DNA from: an uncultured Candidatus Saccharibacteria bacterium
Lineage (GTDB): Bacteria > Patescibacteriota > Minisyncoccia > Phycocordibacterales > UBA3531
Direction: 5' to 3'
NCBI GenBank assembly: GCA_964361405.1
Contig: CAYIAA010000003.1
Coordinates: forward strand, 4,146 to 68,145
Length of the DNA stretch: 64,000 bases
The notes below the pieces were generated by a model, which saw nothing but the letters and a program-made list of their open reading frames with translations, had not been told where the DNA came from and ran no database searches. The position numbers were made by a program, and so were the translations under genes. Numbering within the stretch: the first letter of the stretch is position 1; each line of letters opens with the position of its first letter. Shown here piece by piece: positions 1 through 9,737 of this stretch.

Positions 1-97
1 TCTTTCCTTCCATATTTCCTTCTCCTCTAGTACTGCGAGAGTTGTCAAACATACCTCCATACTACTAGAAGGAGACCCCCCACACCAAGGAAGTTAC

Positions 98-1555
98 TCA
101 CACCCCTTTTTTCCTCGCCCGAAAAAGAGAGAAGATAACGAGAAAGAGGCCAATATAAAGTGTACACACTACCCATCCGGGAACCCGCCCGAAAGAAAGT
201 GAAGCGAGTGGGAACGAGGAAAAAAATTGAGCTACGCCGAGTTCATATTCTAAGAGAAAATACGTTACCCATGAAAAAGGAGCGGCAACAAATCCACCAA
301 AGAATCCAGCGAGCCCAGTAATGAATCCAAAAAACATCGTAAGGGGAATAAGAGGGAGCACCAGGAGATTTGCTGGGAGAGAGACAAAAGAGATTTCACC
401 CGTAGTGTAGAGAAGGAGTGGGAGGACGAGGAGCTGTGTCCCAAGCGTAGCACTCGCAATGAAACGCAGTCCAAACGTCTCCGGCAGGAATCGAACTACC
501 CGTTCGAAAAATGGAGCGACATGGATCAAACCAATCGTTGCAAGTATTGAGAGCTCAAAAGATCTGTCGGAGAGAAGAAGGTATGGGTGAATGAATACCA
601 TTACAAAGGCAGTAAGGGCAAGTGAGGTGGTAACTTCGTATACGCGGCCGGTCGTGCGTGCAGTGATAACGAGCACTGCCATAATTGCCGCTCGTGTACC
701 GCTCGCTCCCGCGCCAGCCAAAAGAAGAAAAAAGGTTATGCCGAGAACGCCAACGCCACCACGAATGAGTGGCGGAAAAAATCCGAGCGACCGCATCATA
801 CTCTCCGCGACAATCGTGACGTTGTATCCCGACAAGACGACGATGTGGATCAACCCAGAATCTCTAAAATCGTCTTCAATTTTTTCCCCGAGGGACCCTT
901 TTGCCCCAAAGAGAAGTCCAGAAAGAAACGATGCATGCGGTTCGGTAAGATTCTCTTTTATGCGAGATGCAAAACGCTCTCGTAAATCTATGAGAAACCG
1001 TTTAACCGAATTCCCCCCAAATCCATCCTCCTTTTTTATCCGAGGAAATGAAAATTCATAATGTATTCCTCTCTGTCTTAGGTATTCTCTCCAGTCGAAT
1101 ACATTCTCTTCATACATTCCTTGAGGGATGCTCTCCAATATTCCATGAACGGATAGACGATCTCCATAGCGAAATTCCGGGAAGTGCGGAGCATAGATAA
1201 GTACGTCTCTACTCTGACGGCCTGAAATAGGCTCTCCTTCAATATGCTCGAGTCGTAGAGTCATCCGTTGGTGTGATTCGCCAATCTCTGGCGCTCCTGA
1301 AACAAAGCCTTCGGCTTCGATCGGAGCGTCAACATAGCGCTCGAGGGCTGGAATATTTTTCGCTTCCCAGAAATCAGTCCTCGCATACCCCGCTCCGAGA
1401 GCGCCGAGTAGGAGAGCAACCACGGTAAAGAGTTTTTTCCCGGCCACTCCGGGGGTATACACTCGAGAGACATATACCACCACCGCGAGAAGTACTAAAA
1501 ATGCTCCAACACTTCTCCCAAAGTCCAAAGTAAAGCGGAGCGCTACTCCACCCAT
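98..1555 (-). CDS. comEC: DNA-uptake competence channel protein ComEC/Rec2 family
   Basis: 485-aa polytopic membrane ORF; N-terminal TM block and central competence-domain hydrophobic pattern typical of ComEC/Rec2. Confidence 0.75.
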   Translation of the reverse strand: MGGVALRFTLDFGRSVGAFLVLLAVVVYVSRVYTPGVAGKKLFTVVALLLGALGAGYARTDFWEAKNIPALERYVDAPIEAEGFVSGAPEIGESHQRMTLRLEHIEGEPISGRQSRDVLIYAPHFPEFRYGDRLSVHGILESIPQGMYEENVFDWREYLRQRGIHYEFSFPRIKKEDGFGGNSVKRFLIDLRERFASRIKENLTEPHASFLSGLLFGAKGSLGEKIEDDFRDSGLIHIVVLSGYNVTIVAESMMRSLGFFPPLIRGGVGVLGITFFLLLAGAGASGTRAAIMAVLVITARTTGRVYEVTTSLALTAFVMVFIHPYLLLSDRSFELSILATIGLIHVAPFFERVVRFLPETFGLRFIASATLGTQLLVLPLLLYTTGEISFVSLPANLLVLPLIPLTMFFGFITGLAGFFGGFVAAPFSWVTYFLLEYELGVAQFFSSFPLASLSFGRVPGWVVCTLYIGLFLVIFSLFRARKKGV

Positions 1556-1611
1556 GAAACCTCCTACACAAACATAGAAAAATGTATGTCTTGGGCTAAT
1601 AGTTCCTCTGG

Positions 1612-2070
1612 CTACAAACTAGCCTGCCTACCGGACAGGTAGGCCTCGTCCATTCCGGAATTTGCTAGCCAATCGGCTCTCATATTCTTTTCACGTGGCA
1701 CGTGGGTAAAAATGATTTTCGGATAATCCTTCACCTGCATATTCCAAATTTTAATAAAATACGGGTAGAGACGCGTTTCTTTAATCTGGTATATCCCCGA
1801 GAGTTGTCTCGCGGCGAGCTCGCTGTCGAGCCGAACCTCAATAGAATAGTCCTTGAGTTTTGCTTTTCCACCAAGAAGGCGCGGGAGAGCCGTAAGCCCT
1901 AAGAGAATCGCCTCGTACTCGGCCTCGTTATTCGTCATAGTGCCGAGAGATTTTTTAAGTTCTTTGAGTATCACCCCGCGCTCGTCCATTATCACCGCCC
2001 CCGCCCCCGCAGGTCCTGGGTTCCCGCGAGAGCCGCCATCGGTTGAAACAATGAGATGTTTCGCTTTCAT
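1612..2070 (-). CDS. rnhA: Ribonuclease HI
   Basis: MKAKHLIVSTDGGSRGNPGPAGAGAVI...NNEAEYEAILLGL is an RNase H fold with the DEDD catalytic pattern. The ORF track starts at 2127; the probable true ATG is at 2068-2070, which forms an ATGA overlap with the recJ stop. Confidence 0.85.
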   Translation of the reverse strand: MKAKHLIVSTDGGSRGNPGPAGAGAVIMDERGVILKELKKSLGTMTNNEAEYEAILLGLTALPRLLGGKAKLKDYSIEVRLDSELAARQLSGIYQIKETRLYPYFIKIWNMQVKDYPKIIFTHVPREKNMRADWLANSGMDEAYLSGRQASL

Positions 2071-3812
2071 AGCGGTCGAGCATTTATACCTACGAGACGA
2101 AGACGAAGCTCTCGAGCGCCACACCAAGTGTTTCGTTCGACAGTAGCCAAAACATCGACGCGCTGATCTTCACCAACCAGATTGGCACTAAACTCTTTTG
2201 GGTGGTTAAATCCGATAGCGCTCGCTCGAGTCCCCTTTTCACTCTCCAGATCAAGACGGAGATGTATGCCGTTCGCACCGAACCGATTCACGCGAATCAC
2301 GCAAAGTTTCTCAAAAAGAAATATCGGTTTCGGGTTTCCTACTCCAAAAGGGGCGAGTGAAGAAATAGAGTTGTAGAGTTCCCATGTCACGTCTTCAAGC
2401 GCCAAACTTGATTCAACGGTAACCGCGTCGTCCTCGGCGACTCCTCGAGGTGTCGAGAGGAGTGCGTGGTAGAGCGCTTCGCCGAGACGGCTAGTTCCTC
2501 CGGGCTCTACCGAGAAACCGCCAGAGCGAGAGTGCCCGCCGTAATCAAGAAAGAATCCCTCGGGGACCTGCTCCATAAGCCGAACCACGTTAATACTCCC
2601 ATCACTTCTCGCCGAGCCGCGCACAACTGTACTCCCCTCCTGTCCCCACACAAATGCCGGAGTATGGTAAAGCTCAACAATACGCATCGCCGCGAGTCCA
2701 AGCACGCCCGGCTTCCAACTCGTATCTCCGATATAGATAAGACCGCCGCCGCGCCAGTCTTTGAGACGATCGGTAATATCCTCCATCATCTCGAGAACCA
2801 CTTGCTTACGCTCTGTGTTCTTCTCTTCAAGATGCGCGAGGAGGTGAGACGCCTGGGCCCCGTCGCGTGTCGCAAGAAGATGGAACGCATTCATCGGAAC
2901 GTCAAGCCTACTTGCCACATTAATCCGCGGGGTAATTACAAATCCAACGTCATCTTCCGTAATATCCTCGTGGCGTATACGACGAGACCTGAAAAGACCT
3001 ACGAGACCAGGTCTTGTTGTTTTTTTAAGTACTGAGAGACCGAAGTAGGCGAGCGCTCGATTCTCATCTTTGAGGGGTACCATGTCAGCTATCGTCGAAA
3101 TACTCGTAACATCAAGAAGCCATTTTTCCCAGCCGGGGGTGAGATCAAAATTTCCTCTTTTCAAAAGTCCTTGCACCAGTTTAAACACAAGCCCGCCTGC
3201 GGAGAGAAACCTGCAGGGATAGGCATCACCCTCCTGATTCGGGTTCACAATTGCATAGGCTTCCGGCAGGGCATTTCCGGGGAGGTGGTGATCAATTACA
3301 ATCACGTCAATACCGAGTTCACCCGCGCAGGCAATCTCGGCGACGTTAGAAATACCGGTATCAATCGTAATAATTAGATTCGCGCCTTCTCGGCCGAAGG
3401 ACTCGACGGCGGCACGGTGTAACCCATACCCTTCGGTGTACCGATGTGGAATGTAAACGCTAAAATTAGTGAAACCAATTTTTACAAAAAAATCATTCAA
3501 GATAACGCTTCCAGGGATACCGTCCGCGTCATAGTCGGCGTAAATTACTATGCGTTCACCGAGCTTAATCGCTTCAATGATACGGCCGACCGCACGGTCC
3601 ATACCGATGAGGCCGAAGGGGTCGTTTAAATCGCGCTCGTAGTCGGGGTGCAGAAACCGCTCCGCCCTGTCACGGGTTTCAATCCCTCGGCGGTAGAGCA
3701 TCTGTCGCACAAGCTTTGGGTAGTGGTGGAGTTCTCCGTCAATCTCTTTGGGGATACTCGGGGCGGGATTCCACCTTGGCATGCGCCGGATTATACCATA
3801 CACTGATTGCAT
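2067..3812 (-). CDS. recJ: Single-stranded-DNA-specific exonuclease RecJ (DHH/DHHA1)
   Basis: 581 aa; DHH motif IITIDTGISN...VIVIDHHLPG; typical RecJ N-terminus. Confidence 0.9.
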   Translation of the reverse strand: MQSVYGIIRRMPRWNPAPSIPKEIDGELHHYPKLVRQMLYRRGIETRDRAERFLHPDYERDLNDPFGLIGMDRAVGRIIEAIKLGERIVIYADYDADGIPGSVILNDFFVKIGFTNFSVYIPHRYTEGYGLHRAAVESFGREGANLIITIDTGISNVAEIACAGELGIDVIVIDHHLPGNALPEAYAIVNPNQEGDAYPCRFLSAGGLVFKLVQGLLKRGNFDLTPGWEKWLLDVTSISTIADMVPLKDENRALAYFGLSVLKKTTRPGLVGLFRSRRIRHEDITEDDVGFVITPRINVASRLDVPMNAFHLLATRDGAQASHLLAHLEEKNTERKQVVLEMMEDITDRLKDWRGGGLIYIGDTSWKPGVLGLAAMRIVELYHTPAFVWGQEGSTVVRGSARSDGSINVVRLMEQVPEGFFLDYGGHSRSGGFSVEPGGTSRLGEALYHALLSTPRGVAEDDAVTVESSLALEDVTWELYNSISSLAPFGVGNPKPIFLFEKLCVIRVNRFGANGIHLRLDLESEKGTRASAIGFNHPKEFSANLVGEDQRVDVLATVERNTWCGARELRLRLVGINARPL

Positions 3813-4221
3813 GCTTCAGTTTTGCACGTTTTGTAAAATCGTCAGCGGCGAACTCTCTTCAAACACCGTCTACCAAGACGAAAAAGCCTTCGCCTTTATC
3901 GATATCCGTCCAGTCAATTTGGGTCACACGTTATTGGTCTCAAAAGATCATTACGAAAATATCTTCGATGTTCCCGATGCCATCCTCGCCCATCTCGGTA
4001 AAACACTGAAAACGATAAGCACGGCGATTAAGGCCGCAACCGGAGCCGAGGGCATAAACATTGAGATGAATAACGAACGCGCCGCAGGACAAATCATCAA
4101 TCACATACACTTCCATATCGTTCCGCGTTTTTCCGGTGATGGCCTTCAACATTGGCCTGGAAAACTCTACAGTGAGGGTGAGCTGAAAGAGATCGCTGAA
4201 AAGATACGGAAGAGTCTCTGA
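3811..4221 (+). CDS. HIT-family hydrolase
   Basis: Histidine-triad motif NHIHFHIVPR. The start is more likely MLQFCTFCKI (about 3811) than the track start at 3748. Diverges from recJ. Confidence 0.8.
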   Translation: MLQFCTFCKIVSGELSSNTVYQDEKAFAFIDIRPVNLGHTLLVSKDHYENIFDVPDAILAHLGKTLKTISTAIKAATGAEGINIEMNNERAAGQIINHIHFHIVPRFSGDGLQHWPGKLYSEGELKEIAEKIRKSL

Positions 4222-4240
4222 GCGCTACTTTCTTCTTCCA

Positions 4241-4281
4241 AAGTAAAACAGAGTCCGTCAGCAACATGCTGACGGACTCTG
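4241..4281 (-). terminator. Intrinsic terminator hairpin (14-bp stem, 5-nt loop) ending the pilB-pilC-tpiA-pgk-hypothetical transcript
   Basis: cagagtccgtcagc-aacat-gctgacggactctg; a T-tract follows on the minus strand (ttttactttgg), none on the plus strand. Confidence 0.5.
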
Positions 4282-4302
4282 TCGAGACAGGCGAATGCTA
4301 GT

Positions 4303-4656
4303 CTATTCTATGCGCTCAAGCCAGTGCTCCGTGCACCAGAGCCCACCGAGGCTCGGCTCAATACTCCGATCCGCAAGATAGAGTTGCCACTCCCTGACGT
4401 ATCCACCGTGATGGGAAACTTTAATGGAGAATCTACCTTTTTCATCGAGGACAGGTTCCTCAAGAACAGTAATTCTCTCTTTAGAGCATGAGGGTTCACA
4501 CCCCTCAATACCCAAACTTCCTAATGCGCTACAGTCTAAGTGCTCAATGAATGAAACACCGACAACAAATTCTCTCTTTTCTCGAACTTGCTTCCTGCTG
4601 AAAAACGGTCTCTCTTCCGAATGACTCGTGGAAACGGTGGGAGCAAACCCCCTCAT
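4303..4656 (-). CDS. Hypothetical protein (117 aa, Cys-containing)
   Basis: Only sizeable ORF in the gap between the HIT gene and pgk; co-oriented, 41 nt downstream of pgk, followed by the terminator; no recognisable domain. Confidence 0.35.
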   Translation of the reverse strand: MRGFAPTVSTSHSEERPFFSRKQVREKREFVVGVSFIEHLDCSALGSLGIEGCEPSCSKERITVLEEPVLDEKGRFSIKVSHHGGYVREWQLYLADRSIEPSLGGLWCTEHWLERIE

Positions 4657-4697
4657 ATATTCTCCTGTGCCGATATACGGCAGAATCTACTGAAATC

Positions 4698-5837
4698 CTA
4701 GCATGAAATAGAGGAAAGCGCTTTTATTCCTGGGAGTGTTCCTTCTGCGAGAAAGTCGAGCATTGCCCCTCCACCCGTAGAGATAAAATCGAAGTTGGAT
4801 AGGAGGTTCCGATCCAACGTCGCCACGGTATCTCCTCCGCCGACAACTGAATAACCATCAGAGTCTGCGATTGCGCGGGCGAGACGAGACGTTCCATCAC
4901 GAAACCCCAGTTCAATGTTCCCGAGCGGTCCATTCCAAAGAATAAGCCGCGCCTTTCGAAGCTCTGTCTCAATAAGAGCGAGTGTCTTGGGACCAGCGTC
5001 TACAATAGAGTCGTCCACTAAAACCTCACTCGGCAATTTTACGGAAACCCCTCTCTTACTCTTCACGGTAACATCAAGTGGAAGCTTGATTCGGTTGCGA
5101 TTTGGAATATTCTCCACATCAACACTCGAATCAGAAAGCGATATCCCAATCTCGCATCCTGAATACTTTAAGAAATCATTTGCGACAGCGCCTAATGCGA
5201 ACACACTGTCGGAAAGTGTAAGAAATTTCCGAAGGAGTGGCACCTTGGTACTTGTCTTTGCGCCACCGATAATACATACAAAAGGATGTTCGGGTGTGAG
5301 GACGCGGGAGAGATTTTTAATCTCACTCTCAAAAAGAAACCCGGCGTATGATGGAAGAAACTCCGGCACACCGACAACGGAGGCGTGAGTCCGATGGGAA
5401 ACCGAGAACGCTTCGTTCACAAAAAGATCACCGAGGGATGAAAGTGCACGAGCATACTCCCTGTCGTTCCCGACTTCTCCAGGATCCCGCCTGAGATTCT
5501 CAAGCATGAGCATCTCACCACGACGCAAAGACCCTACTTTCTCATGAATTCCTGGGTGAGATACTGTGTCGGAAGAAAATTGAATGGCAAAGTGTTTCTC
5601 TAAGTACGCCGCAACCGGACTCAAGCTCTGGGATCCGTCAGGGCCGAGGTGACTTACGATAACCATACGGGCACCACGCTCTTTGAGGTATGTAAGTGTC
5701 GGAAGACTTTTAATAATCCGGAAATCGTCAAGAATAGTGGTCCCCTCGAGAGGCACGTTAAGATCAAGGCGGACAAGCACTCGCGTATCGCGGAGTTGGT
5801 TCTCACTGAGGGTGTGAAGTGTCGGAATCTCCATCAC
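4698..5837 (-). CDS. pgk: Phosphoglycerate kinase
   Basis: PGK N-terminus LSENQLRDTRVLVRLDLNVPLEG...; GTG at 5835-5837 or ATG at 5832-5834; overlaps the tpiA stop. Confidence 0.9.
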   Translation of the reverse strand: MMEIPTLHTLSENQLRDTRVLVRLDLNVPLEGTTILDDFRIIKSLPTLTYLKERGARMVIVSHLGPDGSQSLSPVAAYLEKHFAIQFSSDTVSHPGIHEKVGSLRRGEMLMLENLRRDPGEVGNDREYARALSSLGDLFVNEAFSVSHRTHASVVGVPEFLPSYAGFLFESEIKNLSRVLTPEHPFVCIIGGAKTSTKVPLLRKFLTLSDSVFALGAVANDFLKYSGCEIGISLSDSSVDVENIPNRNRIKLPLDVTVKSKRGVSVKLPSEVLVDDSIVDAGPKTLALIETELRKARLILWNGPLGNIELGFRDGTSRLARAIADSDGYSVVGGGDTVATLDRNLLSNFDFISTGGGAMLDFLAEGTLPGIKALSSISC

Positions 5838-6592
5838 AGCACCTCGGCACTCCGGAGTATTTTTCCAAACTCCTCTATGTCAAGTGATTCCCGCCCGACG
5901 AGAAGCCCATGCGCTTTGCCTTTATCAAGAAATGGGGCTGCATTCTCCGCATCAACGGACCCGCCGTAGAGAACAGGCACTCGAAGTGCGGTCGCAGTAT
6001 CCGTGAAAGTGCTCAAGATTTTTCTGATATAAATTGACTGCTCGAGGAAATCTTCTGGCGTGCTTGCACCACGCGCGCGTACTCCGATTGCCCAGACTGG
6101 TTCATATGCAATGACGAGAAGTTTGAGTTCTGATTTTGGAATTTTTTGAAGTGCCGATTCAATCTGAGCGCGAATCACTTTGAGATATACTCCAGATTGG
6201 TCACGTTCGCGTTCACCCACACAAAGAATCGGCCTCAAGCGATATTCGAGAGCGGCGGCCAGCTTTTGAGCGACTATCTCGTCGGTATCCCCGCTCTCGC
6301 GCCTCTCGGAGTGGCCAATGATTGAATACTCGACGCCGAGTGAACGAAACATGGCAGGCGAAATTTCTCCGGTATGGGCACCATCATGGTGAAACGATAC
6401 ATCTTGGGCACCGAGAGTAATAGAATTACTCCTCCCGAAGAGCGGGAGAAAAAGAGCGGGTGGGCAAATGATGAGCTCGGTGCGGCGCAATTTCTCCGCG
6501 CGGCGCCTGATTCGCCCCAAAAGGCGTTTAGCTAAAGTGAGAGAACCTGGATTCATCTTCCAATTCCCCACGATGAGTCTTCTCGGAACCAT
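5834..6592 (-). CDS. tpiA: Triosephosphate isomerase
   Basis: LIVGNWKMNPGS..., a TIM barrel; 1-nt gap to the pilC stop. Confidence 0.9.
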   Translation of the reverse strand: MVPRRLIVGNWKMNPGSLTLAKRLLGRIRRRAEKLRRTELIICPPALFLPLFGRSNSITLGAQDVSFHHDGAHTGEISPAMFRSLGVEYSIIGHSERRESGDTDEIVAQKLAAALEYRLRPILCVGERERDQSGVYLKVIRAQIESALQKIPKSELKLLVIAYEPVWAIGVRARGASTPEDFLEQSIYIRKILSTFTDTATALRVPVLYGGSVDAENAAPFLDKGKAHGLLVGRESLDIEEFGKILRSAEVL

Positions 6593-6593
6593 A

Positions 6594-7814
6594 CTACTGG
6601 ATGTAATCCCCGATCGAATAAATCGGCTGAATCATTGATACCGCAAAAAATCCGACGGCGACACCGATAAAGACCATGAGCACGGGTTCAATCACGGTTG
6701 AAAGATTCTTCGTCATAGATTCAACTTCTCCTTCATAGAAGGTTGCTCCACGCAAAAGCATTTCGGAGAGCTTCCCTGTTTCTTCGCCAACCTCAATAAG
6801 CTCGGTGACTAAAATAGGATAGAGATTTCCTCGCCGCTCAAACACTTCGGAAAGCGCTTTTCCTTTTTCAATCTGAACACCTGCTTCCTTGAGGACCGCT
6901 CGATAATAAGGATTTTGGAGCACGTCTTGAGTAATCGCGAGTGCCTTCAGCATATCAACACCCGATGAAACCATGGAAGAGAGGGTTCGCATGGTGAGTG
7001 CTGCATTCGCGTTCTGTGTAATTGTCCGCGTCAAAGGCAAGTGAAGTAAGGTGAAAGAAAGTGCACGTTTACCAAGGGGCATTCTTAAAAACTTAATGAA
7101 AACTCCAAGAGAAACAAGTAAAAGAAGTATGAAGGGAAGTATATAGGCACTTAAAAATCCCGAAACTCCGATGACCATTCGTGTGGTAAACGGTAATTCA
7201 GCCCCGAGACTTTCAAACGTTTCAGCGAGCGTCGGGATGAGAAGTATAAGCATCAAATATCCCACAATCATCACGACGGTAATAACGATAGCAGGATAGA
7301 TAAGCGCACCGCGGATTTTTCTCCTAAGTTCATAGCGTTTGGTGAGCTGCTCGACGAGGAAGGTGAGTGATTCGGGAAGACGCCCCGTTTCTTCTCCTGC
7401 GTGCGTCATGGCAACAAACTCCGGTGGGAAAACGTCGGGAAATCGCTCAAATGCGGCAGTTAAACTCAGTCCGCGGTTCGTGTCGTCAATCAAAGATCCG
7501 AGAACTTTGGTAAACTTCCCTTTCTTTGTCTGCCTCTCAAGAACGTGGAGCGCGCGGGCGAGAGAAAGCCCTGCTCCAATCATGGCGCTTAAATTACTCG
7601 CAAAGATAATTTTCTGCTTTGTACTCACCGTTCCCATTACGGAGACGCGTTCACGAAGCGATGTCTTGCCGCGTCGCACCGCCTCGTCCGCGCTGATTAA
7701 AGTCACCCCTTCTTGCCGCATTGAACGAGCAAGGTCAAAGCGATTGGCTGCCTCGCGCTCCCCTTTCACTTCCTCGCCGTCTGATTTCCTTCCCCGATAA
7801 CTAAAAACTGGCAT
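6594..7814 (-). CDS. pilC: Type IV pilus assembly platform protein PilC (GspF family)
   Basis: 406 aa, two GspF repeats, three TM segments. Confidence 0.85.
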   Translation of the reverse strand: MPVFSYRGRKSDGEEVKGEREAANRFDLARSMRQEGVTLISADEAVRRGKTSLRERVSVMGTVSTKQKIIFASNLSAMIGAGLSLARALHVLERQTKKGKFTKVLGSLIDDTNRGLSLTAAFERFPDVFPPEFVAMTHAGEETGRLPESLTFLVEQLTKRYELRRKIRGALIYPAIVITVVMIVGYLMLILLIPTLAETFESLGAELPFTTRMVIGVSGFLSAYILPFILLLLVSLGVFIKFLRMPLGKRALSFTLLHLPLTRTITQNANAALTMRTLSSMVSSGVDMLKALAITQDVLQNPYYRAVLKEAGVQIEKGKALSEVFERRGNLYPILVTELIEVGEETGKLSEMLLRGATFYEGEVESMTKNLSTVIEPVLMVFIGVAVGFFAVSMIQPIYSIGDYIQ

Positions 7815-7819
7815 ATCCG

Positions 7820-9571
7820 CTACTCGCTCACAACACGCAGAACTTCTTCAAGTGAAGTCAGCCCTTGTGCAGCTTTAAAAACACCATCTTCAATCATCGT
7901 GAGCATTCCTTCTTTTCTCGCAACTACAGTAATTTCGTCCGATGTCGATGACCTCATAATGAGTTCCTTAATGGAGGCCGTAACCGGAAGCACTTCATAG
8001 ATTCCAACACGCCCATGATATCCATCTTCGCAGGCTTGAGAAGCTTGTGGTCGATAGAAAGATATTCCACTCCAGTCGGCTCCGGACGGGACAATCTTCT
8101 CCGCCTTGAGCGCTTCGAGAACGTGGTCGAGATTAGCATAAGTCGCGAGGTTTTTGAGTTCCGCATTTGAGAGGGTGTATTTTTCTTTCACCGTGCAGAG
8201 AAGTCGCACCAAGCGCTGGGCAATGATGACGCGGGCAGTTGAGACCACAAGAAATGGCTCTGCTCCCATTTCAATGAGGCGCGGCACTGCGCCGGCGGCA
8301 GAATTCGTGTGAAGGGTCGAGAGTACGAGGTGTCCGGTGAGCGAAGCATTAATGGCTAAACTTACGGTTTCCTCGTCGCGGATCTCACCCACCATGATGA
8401 TATCTGGGTCCTGCCTAACGAGCGTCCGGATGCCGGAAGAAAAAGTAAGTCCAATATCGGGTTTTATCTGCGTTTGGTTCACACGCTGCATTTGGTACTC
8501 AACGGGGTCTTCAATCGTTGAAATATTAACGTCCGGCGTATTCAAAATATCGATCATTGTGTACAGCGTTGTTGTTTTCCCCGACCCTGTAGGGCCAGTC
8601 GTCAAAATCATTCCTTCAGTTTTTTTAAGCGCCGTATGAATGCGTTCAAGCTGGTCTCCGTGGAATCCGAGAGACTCGAGCGTAAATCCCTTCACGGCTT
8701 CCGGAAGAAGCCGCATGACTACCTTCTCCCCGAACTGTGTGGGGAGCGTTGAAACCCGAAAAGAAACTTTCTGATCTGGTGTTTCAATTTTAAATCGTCC
8801 ATCTTGAGGAAGCCGTTTCTCGTCGAGGCGCAAGCTTGAAAGAACTTTGATGCGCGCCACAATACCTGGACCAACTTGCTTCCCCAAGGTCATGGCATCG
8901 CGGAGAATTCCATCGATGCGATAGCGGATTACCACTTGATTTTCATATGGTTCAATGTGAATATCCGATGCTTTCTGAAGAATTGCGTGAGAAAGAAGAC
9001 TTTCGACGATACGCACAATCGGAATATCCTCGGCCATCTTCTTGAGATCGCTTTCATCGAGAGATTGGGCATCGGATTCTGAAATCTGGGCAATTGAGAG
9101 TGATTCTTTCTCGATTAAATTGCCGAATTCTGCGGAGAGACTCTGTTGGTACTGCGAAAGAGCATGCTTCACCGACTGACTGTCCGTGAGTCGCGGAAGG
9201 ATTTTAAGCCCGACACTTTTTTTGATGAAATCAATCGACTCGAGATCCTGTGGGTCGAGCATGGCGACCTCAAGATTGGTGCCGGTCTTTTTATAGGCGA
9301 CGATATTATGCGTTCGAGCCAAGGGCTCGGGAATAATGGAGAGTATTGCAAAGTCAATCTTATCGTTTTTTAAGTCGACATACGGTACCCCCAAGAGATT
9401 CGATTCAATCCTTCGAAGATCTTCCTCGGATATCTTTCCGCTGGAGACAAGAGCATCCGCCATCGGCACGCTTTTTTTCTCCGCAGAGGACTCTGCTTCT
9501 GTGACATCCTTCCTCGACACCAAACCGGAGTCGATAAGAAAATCCTTTAACTTTTCTGGGGAGAGTTGCAT
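7820..9571 (-). CDS. pilB: Type IV pilus assembly ATPase PilB (GspE family)
   Basis: 583 aa; N-terminal GSPII_E_N domain; Walker A TTGPTGSGKTT; Asp and His boxes. Confidence 0.9.
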   Translation of the reverse strand: MQLSPEKLKDFLIDSGLVSRKDVTEAESSAEKKSVPMADALVSSGKISEEDLRRIESNLLGVPYVDLKNDKIDFAILSIIPEPLARTHNIVAYKKTGTNLEVAMLDPQDLESIDFIKKSVGLKILPRLTDSQSVKHALSQYQQSLSAEFGNLIEKESLSIAQISESDAQSLDESDLKKMAEDIPIVRIVESLLSHAILQKASDIHIEPYENQVVIRYRIDGILRDAMTLGKQVGPGIVARIKVLSSLRLDEKRLPQDGRFKIETPDQKVSFRVSTLPTQFGEKVVMRLLPEAVKGFTLESLGFHGDQLERIHTALKKTEGMILTTGPTGSGKTTTLYTMIDILNTPDVNISTIEDPVEYQMQRVNQTQIKPDIGLTFSSGIRTLVRQDPDIIMVGEIRDEETVSLAINASLTGHLVLSTLHTNSAAGAVPRLIEMGAEPFLVVSTARVIIAQRLVRLLCTVKEKYTLSNAELKNLATYANLDHVLEALKAEKIVPSGADWSGISFYRPQASQACEDGYHGRVGIYEVLPVTASIKELIMRSSTSDEITVVARKEGMLTMIEDGVFKAAQGLTSLEEVLRVVSE

Positions 9572-9737
9572 ACCATATTAGTATAACAGAGCCTTTTATC
9601 TCTACCCGCGCCCGGGGCGTTGATAAAAGAGAGTCATCACTCTCAAACATTGACGGCGCACACTCTATCGGATTATACTCAAAGTGAGTCCGTTCTTTCG
9701 AGGCGGGCTTTTTGTTAAAAACTTGTTCGTATAACGT

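Noticed and set aside
2466-3035. 189-aa plus-strand ORF inside recJ
   Set aside because: Antisense to RecJ. No domain signal.
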